Below, in pieces: positions 62,822 to 64,000 of a stretch of 64,000 bases of DNA. This DNA comes from Alkalispirochaeta sp. GTDB taxonomy: Bacteria; Spirochaetota; Spirochaetia; DSM-27196; Alkalispirochaetaceae. Under the pieces are notes generated by a model. The model made no database searches. It was not told where the DNA came from and saw only the letters and a program-made list of their open reading frames with translations. The stretch is from positions 32,001 through 96,000 of the forward strand of contig CBDESZ010000025.1 of assembly GCA_965242725.1 (NCBI GenBank), read 5' to 3'. Numbering within the stretch: position 1 is the stretch's first letter; each line of letters starts with the position of its first letter. Both the position numbers and the translations under genes were made by a program.

Positions 62822-63562
62822 ATGGTGGCGATTCTTCTCATCGGGGACGAAATTCTCTCCGGCAGCGTCAAAGAGGCAAATCTGTATCCCATGTTGACGA
62901 CTCTCAATTCTATCGGATACGGCATTGGAGAGGTGCGCATCGTCCGTGACGACGTCGAAGAGATCGCTTCCGCATTTCGGGACCTCCGGGAACGGTATGA
63001 GTATGTGGTGAGTTCAGGGGGTATCGGACCGACCCACGACGATATTACCATCGAGTCCGCGGCGGAGGCCTTCGACGTTGCCGCCGAAGAACATCCCGAC
63101 ATGATCGCCTTTCTGGAAACGCGTTACGATCTTCCCCTCTCTCCCATGGTCCGCAAGATGGCACTCCTTCCCCGGGGTACCGAGGTGCTCGGCTGCCGGG
63201 AAGGTCAGTGGCCGGTCATACGGTGGGAGAATGTCTTCATTCTGCCGGGGCTTCCCAGAGCGCTGCAGGACAAGATGGAGCGCCTCGCTTCACTGCTCCC
63301 CGGACGGGACAGAATGTGGACCGCCGAGCTCTATCTCAATGTCGATGAGGGGCTCTTTGCCGACTGGCTTGAGGAACAGCAGCGCCTCGCCCCGTCGGTA
63401 TCCATCGGCAGCTATCCCGTGTACGGAGATTACGACTACCGCGCCCGCATCACCGTCCGGGGTGTGAACCGGGACGTCGTTACCCGGGTATTTCGTGACC
63501 TTCGCGCCGCGGCGAATGAGCATGGATGGCTCATACGGGTGGGGGGAGACGTTGATGAGTGA
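62822..63562 (+). CDS. CinA N-terminal/molybdopterin-binding (MocF-like) protein without PncC domain
   Basis: IGDEILSG, SGGIGPTHDDIT, LPGLP and IGSYP. Confidence 0.88.
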   Translation: MVAILLIGDEILSGSVKEANLYPMLTTLNSIGYGIGEVRIVRDDVEEIASAFRDLRERYEYVVSSGGIGPTHDDITIESAAEAFDVAAEEHPDMIAFLETRYDLPLSPMVRKMALLPRGTEVLGCREGQWPVIRWENVFILPGLPRALQDKMERLASLLPGRDRMWTAELYLNVDEGLFADWLEEQQRLAPSVSIGSYPVYGDYDYRARITVRGVNRDVVTRVFRDLRAAANEHGWLIRVGGDVDE

Positions 63563-64000
63563 CGATGTGTTGATGTCGGTGACGATTGACCTGGAAGACG
63601 TCCCGTCCGTGGAGGAGGGACGCTTCCGTACCGAATGGACAGGCGTGCTCCTTCATGGCTTTGGCGCGACCGCCAACGATCTGGTTCCTCTGGCGCCGGA
63701 GCTTGCCGTTGCACGACGGTGGGTGTTTCCCCACGCGCCGGTGCCGATAACCGTTGCGGGTATGTCCTATGGACGAGCGTGGTTTCCCCGGGAGGGGGAA
63801 CACCTCCAACAGGCGCTCTTCGGTACCTATTTCCAGAACCTCCGCGCCATGGAACCTGAAGGTCTTGCGGAATCAGCCCGGGCGGTACGGAACCTTCTGG
63901 ATGAACGGGGAGTACGATGGGATCGGCTCATCCTCGGCGGGTTCAGCCAGGGGGCGATGGTTGCGGCGGAGCTCCTGCGTCAGGGTGCATCGAATCCGGG
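63555..64000 (+). CDS. Phospholipase/carboxylesterase alpha/beta hydrolase, 3' end outside window
   Basis: Manual translation: LLHGFGA..NDLVPLA, WVFPHAP, GRAWFP and LGGFSQGAM. Not in the ORF track because it runs off the window. Confidence 0.88.
   Translation, partial: MSDDVLMSVTIDLEDVPSVEEGRFRTEWTGVLLHGFGATANDLVPLAPELAVARRWVFPHAPVPITVAGMSYGRAWFPREGEHLQQALFGTYFQNLRAMEPEGLAESARAVRNLLDERGVRWDRLILGGFSQGAMVAAELLRQGASNP

Overview
High-GC bacterial chromosome segment, most likely from a free-living spirochaete (inferred from the gene repertoire, e.g. a DnaK-like/LysM fusion and a giant protein ending in a FlgD-Ig-like domain). 1-22 kb and 51-64 kb are mostly housekeeping genes: GT2, thioredoxin-NHL, rlmN, azlCD, MscS, sbcDC, serC, an OmpR-type two-component system, a zwf-pgl-malic enzyme-flavoprotein cluster, and an MBL-cNMP protein. 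22.4-51 kb is accessory. It holds (i) a LuxR/NarL regulator and atypical kinase with matching TACC-N8-GGTA boxes before an OM barrel and a lipoprotein; (ii) a toxin-antitoxin graveyard: broken vapBC, intact hipBA with a clear operator/promoter, a DUF4143 ATPase relic, intact and decayed DUF3820 copies, and a second PIN relic; (iii) one ~19 kb gene (~6,350 aa) for a secreted, repeat-rich adhesin-like protein, split by single-base frameshifts into four ORFs. Top leads: a G6PD resembling plant plastid isoforms including the redox cysteine pair, co-transcribed with a TrxB-like flavoprotein lacking CxxC; the giant protein with nested repeats and a T9SS-CTD-like C-terminus; and a degenerate ThyX-fold-like gene. 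No rRNA, tRNA, CRISPR array, integrase or transposase was recognised. All family assignments are from motif recognition by eye; no database searches were run.
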